Source: Methanobacteriota archaeon
GTDB taxonomy: Archaea; Hydrothermarchaeota; Hydrothermarchaeia; Hydrothermarchaeales; JACRDW01
Assembly (NCBI GenBank): GCA_043820925.1
Contig: JBDRDL010000038.1
Coordinates: 1-56,016 of the forward strand
DNA length: 56,016 nt
Direction: 5' to 3'
In this document: in pieces, positions 25,934-33,966 of the stretch
Layout: the number at the start of each line of letters is the position of its first letter
Numbering within the stretch: the first letter of the stretch is position 1
Position numbers and translations under genes: made by a program
Notes under the pieces: model-generated
The model's database searches: none
Told to the model about the DNA's origin: nothing
Seen by the model: only the letters and a program-made list of their open reading frames with translations

Positions 25934-26288
25934 TTTTGCTTGGTTAGAGCTCCTTCAGGGTTCAGAAAAAGGCAAAAGATTTTTACAAATTCTCAAAGAG
26001 AATAGAGGAGGAATTTATACTTCTGTGTTAAATCTTTACGAGATTCGATACAGAGTAGAAGAACTCAGGAATGCAAAGACAGCAGATGAATTTGTTAAAA
26101 TCGTTGAGAGCTATGCAAAGATTCTTGATGTCGCTAGAGGCGTTGCTATTCAAGCCTCAAAAATAAAGTTAAAGATGAAAAAGATAGGGGCAATAGATTG
26201 TCTTATCCTCGCCTCCGCAAAGATTAACAATTTAAAGGTTTTAACTGGTGACCCACATTTTGATGGGGTAGAAGGAGTAATTAGATAG
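25914..26288 (+). CDS. vapC: PIN-domain toxin VapC
   Basis: ILVDSFAW (Asp1), YEIRY (Glu), IGAIDCLILA (Asp), LTGDPHF (Asp). Confidence 0.8.
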   Translation: MNILVDSFAWLELLQGSEKGKRFLQILKENRGGIYTSVLNLYEIRYRVEELRNAKTADEFVKIVESYAKILDVARGVAIQASKIKLKMKKIGAIDCLILASAKINNLKVLTGDPHFDGVEGVIR

Positions 26289-26302
26289 CAGCAAAATTAA
26301 AT

Positions 26303-26587
26303 TCATCCAAGGAATCCGCACTTCATGCATTTAAAAATCGGAACTCTCATATCTTTTTGCGTTTTCCAGTGGTGAATCTGCATTCCGCTGCCGCAGCACG
26401 GGCAGCAAACAATATCGGGGTTAAGCTTTACGAATCTTTCCAGCTCTCTCATGTCCTCAAACTCTACCTGCATCTCTTTCTTCTTTTCAAAAAAAGCATC
26501 GATTTCGTGGCAGTGCTTCTCGCAAGTGGGGAAATCGTACTTCGAGCTTTCGTTTGCAGCATTTCCGCAGAATTTGCAGGTAGCCAT
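26303..26587 (-). CDS. Small double zinc-ribbon protein
   Basis: CKFC...C..HC and CCPCC...CMKC. Start set at ATG 26587 with AGGAG 6 nt upstream. Confidence 0.55.
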   Translation of the reverse strand: MATCKFCGNAANESSKYDFPTCEKHCHEIDAFFEKKKEMQVEFEDMRELERFVKLNPDIVCCPCCGSGMQIHHWKTQKDMRVPIFKCMKCGFLG

Positions 26588-26647
26588 ATTCTTCTCCTGC
26601 AAATTTTAACATGCACAATTTTATACTTATCCTTACAAATTCTAAGC

Positions 26648-28171
26648 ATGCTCGAGCGCAACGTCGTTTTTAAAGATTTCAGAAATAAAATTAGAGTAGC
26701 CTTAGTTTATCCAAATTTCTACATTGCCGGAATGGCAAATCTGGGCTTTCAAATAATTTATGATATTTTAAATTCTCTAGAAAACGTTTACTGCGAGAGA
26801 TTTTTTCTGGATTTTGACAGAAGCTTGGAGACAAACTCGAAGCTGGGAGATTTTGATATAATCGCTTTTTCCTGGCAGTTTGAATTGGATGCGCTGAATA
26901 TTTTAAAAATCCTGCACAGAAATGGAGTTCCATTGAGAAGAGAAGAACGAAAGCAGCTCGTCATCGTGGGCGGACCGTGTGCAGTAAATCCTTACCCTCT
27001 AAAAAATTTTGTTGATGCGTTTCTAATCGGCGAGGCCGAAGCAAATTTGATTCCTTTCATCGAGAGATTTGAAATCAAGAAAAACGTTGAGAGTTTTTCG
27101 GATATAGAAGGCGTATATATTTCTGCGCTTGATAATCCTGCGAAGCGGGCGTATCTGAAAAATCTGAACAGCTATCATCCAGTCGTGCAAATAATGTCTT
27201 CCGAAACTGCATTCGGCGAAACTTTTCTGCTCGAGGTTTCTCGGGGATGCGGCAGGGGATGCAGATTCTGCATGGGCGGCTTTATTTCTCGACCGCCGAG
27301 GGAGAGAAGCATAAAAAATTTAAAAGAAATCGTGAACCGAGGCATGGCAGCAAATAATCCAAATAAGATCACTGTTTTAGGAGCTTCTGTTTCAGACTAC
27401 TCGCAGATAGACGAGCTCTGCAATTTCTTGCTTGAGAAAAATTTGCAAATTTCGATACCCTCGCTTCGTGCAGATAATTTAACCGCAGCAATAGTTAATG
27501 CGATGGTGAAGAGCGGACAGAAGAGTTTGACCCTTGCCCCGGAGTCTAGCGAGAGACTGAGAATGATGATGAACAAAAAGCTGAGCGACGAAGAAGTGAG
27601 CAGCGCAGTAAAGCTTGCGTTCGAGCACGGAATCGAAAAAATAAAGCTCTACTTCATGATAGGAATTCCGGGAGAAAAGTCCGATGATATTTATGACGTC
27701 GTGAGCCTTGTAAAGAAAATGAAAGGAAAGCTGAGGCTGAGCATAAATCCTTTCGTGCCGAAGCCGCACACCCCTTTTCAGTGGTTCGGCTTTGAAGAAA
27801 TCGCAGTGCTGAACAAAAAGAAGAAGGTGCTTCAAAAACTGCGCAGCTGCAGCTTTGAAAATTTTAAAGAAGCATTTCTTCAGGCGACGATAGCGAGGGG
27901 CGACGAGCAGCTTTCGAGAATAATTGAAAAGGCATTCTACTATGGCGGCGGCATGGGTGCCTTCAGAAGAGCTTTCAGAGAAGAAGGGATAGAATTCAAT
28001 CACTACGTGAAAGAAAGAACTCCAGACGAAGCTTTACCCTGGGATAAAATTGATGTAGGGGTGAAAAAAAAGTATTTAATAGAGGAGTACGAAAAATCTT
28101 TAAGAGGAGAAGTTTCAGGGATTTGTCAGGACAGCTGCAAAAAATGCGGAGTCTGCAATGGAGGAATTTAG
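26648..28171 (+). CDS. Radical SAM protein with N-terminal B12-binding-like domain (TIGR03960-like)
   Basis: IRVALVYPNFYIAGMANLGFQIIY and SRGCGRGCRFC (CxxxCxxC). The track start at 26357 is an antisense extension over the neighbouring gene. Confidence 0.8.
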   Translation: MLERNVVFKDFRNKIRVALVYPNFYIAGMANLGFQIIYDILNSLENVYCERFFLDFDRSLETNSKLGDFDIIAFSWQFELDALNILKILHRNGVPLRREERKQLVIVGGPCAVNPYPLKNFVDAFLIGEAEANLIPFIERFEIKKNVESFSDIEGVYISALDNPAKRAYLKNLNSYHPVVQIMSSETAFGETFLLEVSRGCGRGCRFCMGGFISRPPRERSIKNLKEIVNRGMAANNPNKITVLGASVSDYSQIDELCNFLLEKNLQISIPSLRADNLTAAIVNAMVKSGQKSLTLAPESSERLRMMMNKKLSDEEVSSAVKLAFEHGIEKIKLYFMIGIPGEKSDDIYDVVSLVKKMKGKLRLSINPFVPKPHTPFQWFGFEEIAVLNKKKKVLQKLRSCSFENFKEAFLQATIARGDEQLSRIIEKAFYYGGGMGAFRRAFREEGIEFNHYVKERTPDEALPWDKIDVGVKKKYLIEEYEKSLRGEVSGICQDSCKKCGVCNGGI

Positions 28172-28466
28172 AAAAAAATATCCAAACCTGACGAAGGAGC
28201 TTGAGAATGAGGGGATTCAAGTAGACTCTGTCAGGTCGTTGCCAGAGGAGGCAGAGAAGGCATTCCATCCCTACGAGCCGACTGTCATAGATTTTCTGCG
28301 TCGCTGCGACACAGAAGAGCAGGGACTGGAGATAATCAACTACCTGAAGAAGCGGAACGAAATCTCAGAAGAATATGCGAATGAGCTGAAGATTCAACTT
28401 CTAAAGAAGGGTATACGCAGCTTTGGACCAAAGAAAGAGAAAGGCTACTACGGGAGTTTTAGATAG
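28158..28466 (+). CDS. Small conserved archaeal protein (possibly DUF2095-like)
   Basis: 14-nt overlap with the radical SAM gene; IDFLRRCDTEEQGLEIINYLKKRNEIS...GIRSFGPKK. The family name is from memory only. Confidence 0.55.
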   Translation: MEEFRKKYPNLTKELENEGIQVDSVRSLPEEAEKAFHPYEPTVIDFLRRCDTEEQGLEIINYLKKRNEISEEYANELKIQLLKKGIRSFGPKKEKGYYGSFR

Positions 28467-29002
28467 TCAATCAGCCCCGGCGTAATTATCACTTTATCTT
28501 CGATAACCACGTATCCGTATGGTAGCACAGTTCTCTCATTTTCATTATGTACCACCTCAATCCGCCGGGTTATCTCGACGTCCTCTAACTTCGCTCCAAG
28601 ATAAATGAGCTTCGCAACCAAAGCTGCGGTGTCTATCGTCAATTGCTTCTCACCGAGGTTTCTTATTTTTGCTCCCTTTGCTTTTGCTGTGATTAATTCG
28701 CTCGTTCTCCCTTCAGGTATCTCGCAGCCCAGAATACCTCCAATAACGACTGCCTTGCTGTCAGCGAAATCAGGGGTTTTCAATTCCTCTTCTGCAAGTG
28801 GGTCAAGAATTATCAGCTTTTCGGCTTCAAATAATTTTTCAAAAGATTTCTCTGCGACTTTGCCAATCGTTGCGAGCTTTTCTTTCATTCCGCCTCTGAC
28901 GTTTGTGAAGGTAATACTCTCCCAAATCTCTGCGCAGTGCCTGTATTCCAGCCAGAGCCATTCAGATAGCTGCTCCTCACAGTTTTCGATAACAAGTTGC
29001 AT
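28448..29002 (-). CDS. Predicted SAM-dependent RNA methyltransferase (PF04252/SPOUT-like)
   Basis: N-terminus VIENCEEQLSEWLWLEYRHC and LIILDPLAEE resemble the PF04252 family. Confidence 0.6.
   Translation of the reverse strand: MQLVIENCEEQLSEWLWLEYRHCAEIWESITFTNVRGGMKEKLATIGKVAEKSFEKLFEAEKLIILDPLAEEELKTPDFADSKAVVIGGILGCEIPEGRTSELITAKAKGAKIRNLGEKQLTIDTAALVAKLIYLGAKLEDVEITRRIEVVHNENERTVLPYGYVVIEDKVIITPGLIDYLKLP
28928..28965. repeat. Direct repeat copy 1 (38 nt, inside the methyltransferase 5' coding region)
   Basis: ctctgcgcagtgcctgtattccagccagagccattcag is identical to 29635-29672. Confidence 0.95.
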
Positions 29003-29064
29003 GGTATTGCTATGGGGTAGCTATTTAAAAAGCGTTGCGAAAATGGAGACATGTAAGATATACT

Positions 29065-29274
29065 TCATACTTCACTTACAGAAACAGTTATTGGAATTTC
29101 TATCTCCTGTGGGCGCTTTTTGAAGCCGATGACAGTTATCCCTATTGGATTTTCTTTCTCATCTACCATTATCCAGACATCATCTCCGACATCTTTGGCA
29201 TATCCTTTTTTATTCTCAAAGGTAATCTCCAAAATGTCAGATCCTTTATCGTACCAGAGTTTCATCTTTCCCAT
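29065..29274 (-). CDS. DUF2283-family protein (putative antitoxin)
   Basis: MKLWYDKGSDILEITFENKKGYAKDVGDDVWIMVDEKENPIGITVIGF fits the DUF2283 pattern. Confidence 0.75.
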   Translation of the reverse strand: MGKMKLWYDKGSDILEITFENKKGYAKDVGDDVWIMVDEKENPIGITVIGFKKRPQEIEIPITVSVSEV

Positions 29275-29578
29275 ACGGTCTCGCCTTTTTTGATTCTATC
29301 TGTATAAAATGAAGTCTTAACGTATCCAATACTATTTGTTATTTGAACTACAACCAATAAATATTTTTGTGTCACTGGGATTTAGCATAAAAACGATAGT
29401 ACAGAAAGACTGTTGGAATATAGTTGCTTCTTTTGATAATTTCAGGGTTGATTAAAGTCTCCTTTATTCTACTCTCCTGATTCAACATTGCAGGTTTCTC
29501 TAAAATGTGCTTGACCGATTCTTCAGTAAGAAGGATTTTTCTTTTCAGCACGTCTTTGACTTCAAAGATTATTTTCAT
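29262..29578 (-). pseudogene. Frameshifted putative toxin partner of DUF2283 (barnase/EndoU/RelE-like family, assignment tentative)
   Basis: Frame A reads MKIIFEVKDVLKRKILLTEESVKHILEK...LYYRFYAKSQ and stops at 29372. Frame B (offset -1) opens right after a TAA and reads IPVTQKYLLVVVQITNSIGYVKTSFYTDRIKKGETVWER. Frame B ends at TGA 29262-29264, overlapping the DUF2283 ATG. Confidence 0.6.
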
Positions 29579-29634
29579 TGGCTTTACGTTTAGTTGAAGT
29601 TCTATAAAAATAGAGATGTTCAAAGCGCAGAAGA

Positions 29635-29672
29635 CTCTGCGCAGTGCCTGTATTCCAGCCAGAGCCATTCAG
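29635..29672. repeat. Direct repeat copy 2 (38 nt)
   Basis: Identical to 28928-28965. It is followed at 29675-29705 by a degenerate copy (about 24 of 30 nt) of the methyltransferase promoter region 29021-29050. Confidence 0.95.
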
Positions 29673-29721
29673 GCAACTATTACAAAAGCGTTGCTAATAT
29701 GAACACGACCTCGCTCAGATT

Positions 29722-29973
29722 TCACCCCTTCCGCACCTGCCTGAATATTTTAAGACCTTTTTCGGTTATAACATAGCCTTTCTGATTTTTCTGCGCAGCA
29801 GCTTTTGCAAACTCTCTATCTTCCAATTCTTTTAATGCCTTGCTGACCAGCGGTTCTGGAATTCGCAGCCTGTGCGAAATCTCCGCTTGCGTTGCAAAGC
29901 CAGAGCTGAGCGTCTCCAAAATTCTCAGCCTATTCTTGCCAGCTTTTATAAAACCCATGCTTGCGTAGTCCAT
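29722..29973 (-). CDS. Small winged-helix transcriptional regulator (ArsR/MarR-like)
   Basis: KNRLRILETLSSGFATQAEISHRLRIPEPLVSKALKELE. Confidence 0.7.
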   Translation of the reverse strand: MDYASMGFIKAGKNRLRILETLSSGFATQAEISHRLRIPEPLVSKALKELEDREFAKAAAQKNQKGYVITEKGLKIFRQVRKG

Positions 29974-31121
29974 TATATCTCCGCCTTTTCTATTTGCGTC
30001 AGAACATAATTTCTTATTTCTTCAACGATGGGCAGCTTTTTGTTTAGCTCTCCGTTTTTAATCAGCAGCTCGAGCATGCTTTTCATTTTAGCTCCGCACT
30101 CGCAGGTTATTCTGTTCGCATGCTTGTAATATACAACTTTTCCTTTGAGGCATTTCGGGCAGCGGTAAACTTCTTTTTTGCCGCCGAGCTTGCCTCTCTT
30201 TGCAACAGGCTTTCCTTCCATTTCTATAATATCCATTGCAAAGTCTATAGTTTTTGCATTGCTTATGCTTGTTCCAACTCCGAAGCCATCTGCATTGCTC
30301 AGCTCCCTGATTGCTTCCTCATCAATGCTGCCGGAGACGATTATCTTGACATTTTTAAAGCCCCGAACATCCAGCTCCCACCTCACTTCGTCGACTATTT
30401 TTTTCATGTTTCCTTTTCTGGAGCCGGGAGTATCCAGTCTGACTCCGTGCAATTTTTTCAACGCTTTAGCTGCCATAATTGCTTCAGTCTTTTCGTCATA
30501 GTAGGTGTCGACGAGGGCAATTCTCGGTATGTTTTTTTCCATGACTTCATCGAAGTATTGCCATGCTTTCACCTGGTCTCCGACAGTGATAATCAGGGCA
30601 TGCGGCATGGTTCCGGTAGATTTTTTGCCGACGAACTTTTCTGCAGCGATGCCTGAGAAACCGTCCACTCCTCCAATATACGCCACTCGGTCTATCATCG
30701 GAGCAATAGCAGGATGCATCCTTCGAATTCCAAAGCTGATGATAAGTTTATCATCTGCAAGCTTGCGCATTCTCGCTGCCTTTGTTGCTATTCCTGAAGC
30801 CTGGCAGAGGAAGCCCAGAAGAGGCGTTTCAAGCTCGCAGAACTCCTCATACTTTCCTTCAACTCTAAAAACCGGTTCCCCGGAATAGAACAGGCTGCCT
30901 TCAGGCATTGAATAAACATCGCATTTGTAACCTTCAAACAGCTGCGCAGCCTCCTCAACGCCTGCCAGAATGCCCCAGTTATAGGGCAGAGAGCTTGCAA
31001 TTACCTCCATAACAACGTTTTTGCTGATTCTTTTCGTTTGCAGGATTTCTTTTGTTCTTGCGAAGTATATATCTGTGGTTTTACCTTTTTTTATCTCCTC
31101 TGGGGTTGCTACATGAAACAT
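29973..31121 (-). CDS. Nicotinate phosphoribosyltransferase, archaeal type with C-terminal zinc ribbon
   Basis: TDIYFARTKEIL, GTMPHALI, VRLDTPGSRKG, CPKC...CEC. Start set at MFHVATPEE. Confidence 0.85.
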   Translation of the reverse strand: MFHVATPEEIKKGKTTDIYFARTKEILQTKRISKNVVMEVIASSLPYNWGILAGVEEAAQLFEGYKCDVYSMPEGSLFYSGEPVFRVEGKYEEFCELETPLLGFLCQASGIATKAARMRKLADDKLIISFGIRRMHPAIAPMIDRVAYIGGVDGFSGIAAEKFVGKKSTGTMPHALIITVGDQVKAWQYFDEVMEKNIPRIALVDTYYDEKTEAIMAAKALKKLHGVRLDTPGSRKGNMKKIVDEVRWELDVRGFKNVKIIVSGSIDEEAIRELSNADGFGVGTSISNAKTIDFAMDIIEMEGKPVAKRGKLGGKKEVYRCPKCLKGKVVYYKHANRITCECGAKMKSMLELLIKNGELNKKLPIVEEIRNYVLTQIEKAEI

Positions 31122-31159
31122 GACTAGATTTAAGTAGGCATAACAATATAACACTTTTC

Positions 31160-31945
31160 ATGAGGGTTGCTCTCATCGGCTGTGGGGCGATTGGAAGCAT
31201 AATCGCAAAGGCGATAGCAGATGGAGCAGTTTCTGCCGAGCTGCAATTGCTCTACGACGCTGACAGAAAAGCTGCAGAAAGAGTTTTAGGGATTTTTAAA
31301 AAAAAGCCGAGAATAGCCGAGGGCATCGAAAAAATTTTAAATTCTAATGCAGATGTCGTGGTAGAGGCTGCCTCGCAGGAAGCGGTTAAATCTTTTGCTG
31401 CAAGAATTCTGGGCTCAAAAAAAAGCATAATGATAATGAGCGCAGGTGCCCTTGCGGATGAAAAATTTTTTGATAAAATTAAAAAAATTGCAGGAAAAAA
31501 TAAAGTGAAAATTTATTTGCCGTCAGGAGCGATAGGCGGCTTGGATGCTCTTAAGTCTGCCTCTGCAGCCAGGATTTATGAAGTTACCCTGACAACCACG
31601 AAGCCTCCGAATGCGCTGAAGGGAGCAGAGAAAATAAGAGAGAAAGCAGTTTTGTACGAGGGCAGCGCTAGAGAGGCGATTAAAAAATTCCCTGCAAACG
31701 TTAACGTTGCCGTTGCGCTCAGCCTTGCAGGAATAGGAGTGAAAAAAACTAAAGTAAGAGTTGTAGCAGACCCGGGCAGCGACAAAAACATACACGAGGT
31801 TTTTGCGAGAGGAGATTTTGGAGAGTTTAAATTCAGAGTTGAGAATGTACCCTCGCCGCAGAATCCCAGGACGAGCTATCTTGCGGCGCTGTCTGCAATT
31901 GCAACGTTAAAAAAAATAACATCGCATGTAGAGATAGGCACATAA
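31160..31945 (+). CDS. nadX: L-aspartate dehydrogenase
   Basis: MRVALIGCGAIGS Rossmann N-terminus, SGAIGGLDAL, and a family-typical C-terminus. Confidence 0.85.
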   Translation: MRVALIGCGAIGSIIAKAIADGAVSAELQLLYDADRKAAERVLGIFKKKPRIAEGIEKILNSNADVVVEAASQEAVKSFAARILGSKKSIMIMSAGALADEKFFDKIKKIAGKNKVKIYLPSGAIGGLDALKSASAARIYEVTLTTTKPPNALKGAEKIREKAVLYEGSAREAIKKFPANVNVAVALSLAGIGVKKTKVRVVADPGSDKNIHEVFARGDFGEFKFRVENVPSPQNPRTSYLAALSAIATLKKITSHVEIGT

Positions 31946-31952
31946 GGACACA

Positions 31953-31996
31953 GACGTAGGGGGTCAACTATGCTGGCATTAATGACCCCCTACGTC
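31953..31996. promoter_or_regulatory. Perfect 14-bp stem hairpin between nadX and nadA
   Basis: gacgtagggggtca (31953-31966) is the rc of tgaccccctacgtc (31983-31996); 16-nt loop. Confidence 0.7.
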
Positions 31997-32016
31997 AACT
32001 ATTAAAAGTGGTTTGA

Positions 32017-32922
32017 ATGATAGACGAGAAGACTCTTTCAGAAATAGAGAGATTAAAAAAAGACTGCATTATTCTTGCGCACAACTATCAAATCCCAGAA
32101 ATTCAGGACGTAGCTGATTTTGTTGGAGATTCGTTAGGTCTCTGTCAGGAAGCGAGGAAAGTAAACAAGCCCTACATTTTATTCTGCGGGGTAGATTTTA
32201 TGGCTGAGAGCGCAGCGATTTTAAACCCTGACAAGATTGTGTTAATGCCTGAGTTAAAAGCTCGCTGCCCGATGGCTGCAATGCTGCCTGCGGCGGAGGT
32301 AAGGGAAGCAAGGGAGAAGCATCCAAAGGCTGCTGTTGTTTTGTACATAAACACGCTAGCCAGTGCTAGGGCAGAGGCAGACGTTACATGCACATCTGCA
32401 AATGCTGTGGAGATTATAAAAGCCCTGGACGAGGAAGAAATTATTTTCGGCCCTGACAAAAATCTAGCCTGGTTTGTGCAGCGGCGGTGCAGGGATAAAA
32501 AAATAATACCTATACCTGCTGAGGGTCACTGCATGACCCACGTGCTGATTAAGAGAGAAGATATTCTTGAGCTCAGGAAAAAATATCCAAATGCAGAGGT
32601 GCTGATTCACCCGGAATGCCTGCCGGAAGTACAATTGCTAGCAAATTATATATGCAGTACAGAGCAGATGATAAAGAGAGCTGAGGAATCGCAGAGCAAG
32701 GAATTCATCATAGGGACAGAAACAGGCTTACTGCACAGGCTTAAAAAAGAGAACCCTGGCAAAATTTTCATCCCTGCACTGAAAAAAATGATTTGCCCCA
32801 CGATGAAAATAAACACTTGGGAGAAATTTCTGAAGGAGCTCAGGGAAAGAAAGAACGTGGTTAAAGTTGCTCCTGAAATTGCGGAGAAAGCGAGGAGGGC
32901 TACCGAGAGAATGCTTGCGTGA
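32017..32922 (+). CDS. nadA: Quinolinate synthase
   Basis: ILAHNYQIPEIQDVADFVGDSL, FCGVDFMAE, HPEC, IGTETG. Confidence 0.9.
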   Translation: MIDEKTLSEIERLKKDCIILAHNYQIPEIQDVADFVGDSLGLCQEARKVNKPYILFCGVDFMAESAAILNPDKIVLMPELKARCPMAAMLPAAEVREAREKHPKAAVVLYINTLASARAEADVTCTSANAVEIIKALDEEEIIFGPDKNLAWFVQRRCRDKKIIPIPAEGHCMTHVLIKREDILELRKKYPNAEVLIHPECLPEVQLLANYICSTEQMIKRAEESQSKEFIIGTETGLLHRLKKENPGKIFIPALKKMICPTMKINTWEKFLKELRERKNVVKVAPEIAEKARRATERMLA

Positions 32923-32955
32923 GCAAGCGCAATGGTATTGCGCCCAGCTATCGCT
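32914..32955. repeat. Module Y-like repeat, reverse orientation, covering the nadA stop
   Basis: cttgcgtgagcaagcgcaatggtattgcgcccagctatcgct; its rc aligns with agcgNagctgggcgcaa...cttgctcacgcaag. Confidence 0.75.
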
Positions 32956-32973
32956 GGAGCTGAGCAAATGAAG

Positions 32974-33966
32974 CTAAAAGAATTTTCTAATATATTCTGC
33001 AAGTTTTTCAGGCAGGTGTTCTGCCACTCTTTCATGGTGCAAGGTTTCCATGAATCCAGAGTCTGAAGTGTAGTACCTCTGGGGCGAAGGGCGGGAAACA
33101 AGCTTTGTATTCAGGCAAAAATTACTAGCTTTTTCTGGTGCAGAATAGGTGGTCAGAGTGAAGCTTCTTACGCCCAGATTGGAATATGCGGCCAAGATTT
33201 TTTTCAAACCTTTTGCGAAATGAGATATATGGTGCTCCAAATCCATGATAGAGGAAGCGTCCTCGAATATAGCAATAACTTCGTTGTTTCCGAGCGGCGC
33301 ATAGGCAGCGAGCCATGCTATGCTTCCTGTCCTTGCAATGAAGCGCTTCCCAAGTTCTTCTTCATTTTTTATTAGCTTAAGCCAGTAGTTTTCTCCGTGT
33401 TTTTTATAGTATGCAGCGCTGGCTTTGAGATACAATTCCAGCAGATAGGTCGGCTTGTTATCTGCAAGCAGCTGCAGGTGCGGATGAACTATGCTCGCAC
33501 CAGAAGGAGGAAGGTGATTCCAGTTTATGTAGAAGTACTTTGCTTTTTTAATCCGCTTAAAGTAGTCCAAGCTCGCCGCAAGGGCATCCTCTATTTGTTT
33601 TTGAGTAAATTCATTCAAATCCAGGAAGTGCTTTTTGCAAATCGCTGCAACCGCATGGTGCTCTGCGAATGGAAACAAATTGGGAAAAACTGTCGTTTCT
33701 CCCAGTACGATTCTCCCCTCCGGAGTTATTTCTGGCAGAAATTTTGGAGTAGCTTTTTCTATATTTTCCGGGCAAAAAAAGCAGCCCTGCGAGGATTTTT
33801 GAATAAGCTCTGAGAAATCCACTTCCTGCCGAGCCTGCTTTACTCTTTGCGCCCTTTTTATATTTATCCTGCACCCTATTTTGGTCAGCCCGTCTTTTCT
33901 ATACTCTATAACCTGCTCCTCTAAATCCTTTGAAGGACTTAAAAATTTTGATATTATTTCGAGCAA
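32974..33966 (-). CDS. GalT-like HIT-superfamily nucleotidyltransferase
   Basis: CFFCPEN, FPNLFPF, SGASIVHPHLQLL (HxHxQ-type motif). Confidence 0.7.
   Translation of the reverse strand: MLEIISKFLSPSKDLEEQVIEYRKDGLTKIGCRINIKRAQRVKQARQEVDFSELIQKSSQGCFFCPENIEKATPKFLPEITPEGRIVLGETTVFPNLFPFAEHHAVAAICKKHFLDLNEFTQKQIEDALAASLDYFKRIKKAKYFYINWNHLPPSGASIVHPHLQLLADNKPTYLLELYLKASAAYYKKHGENYWLKLIKNEEELGKRFIARTGSIAWLAAYAPLGNNEVIAIFEDASSIMDLEHHISHFAKGLKKILAAYSNLGVRSFTLTTYSAPEKASNFCLNTKLVSRPSPQRYYTSDSGFMETLHHERVAEHLPEKLAEYIRKFF

Noticed and set aside
26357-26647. Upstream extension of the radical SAM ORF
   Set aside because: It is antisense to the zinc-ribbon gene and crosses the promoter region. The conserved N-terminus starts at MLERNVVF (26648).
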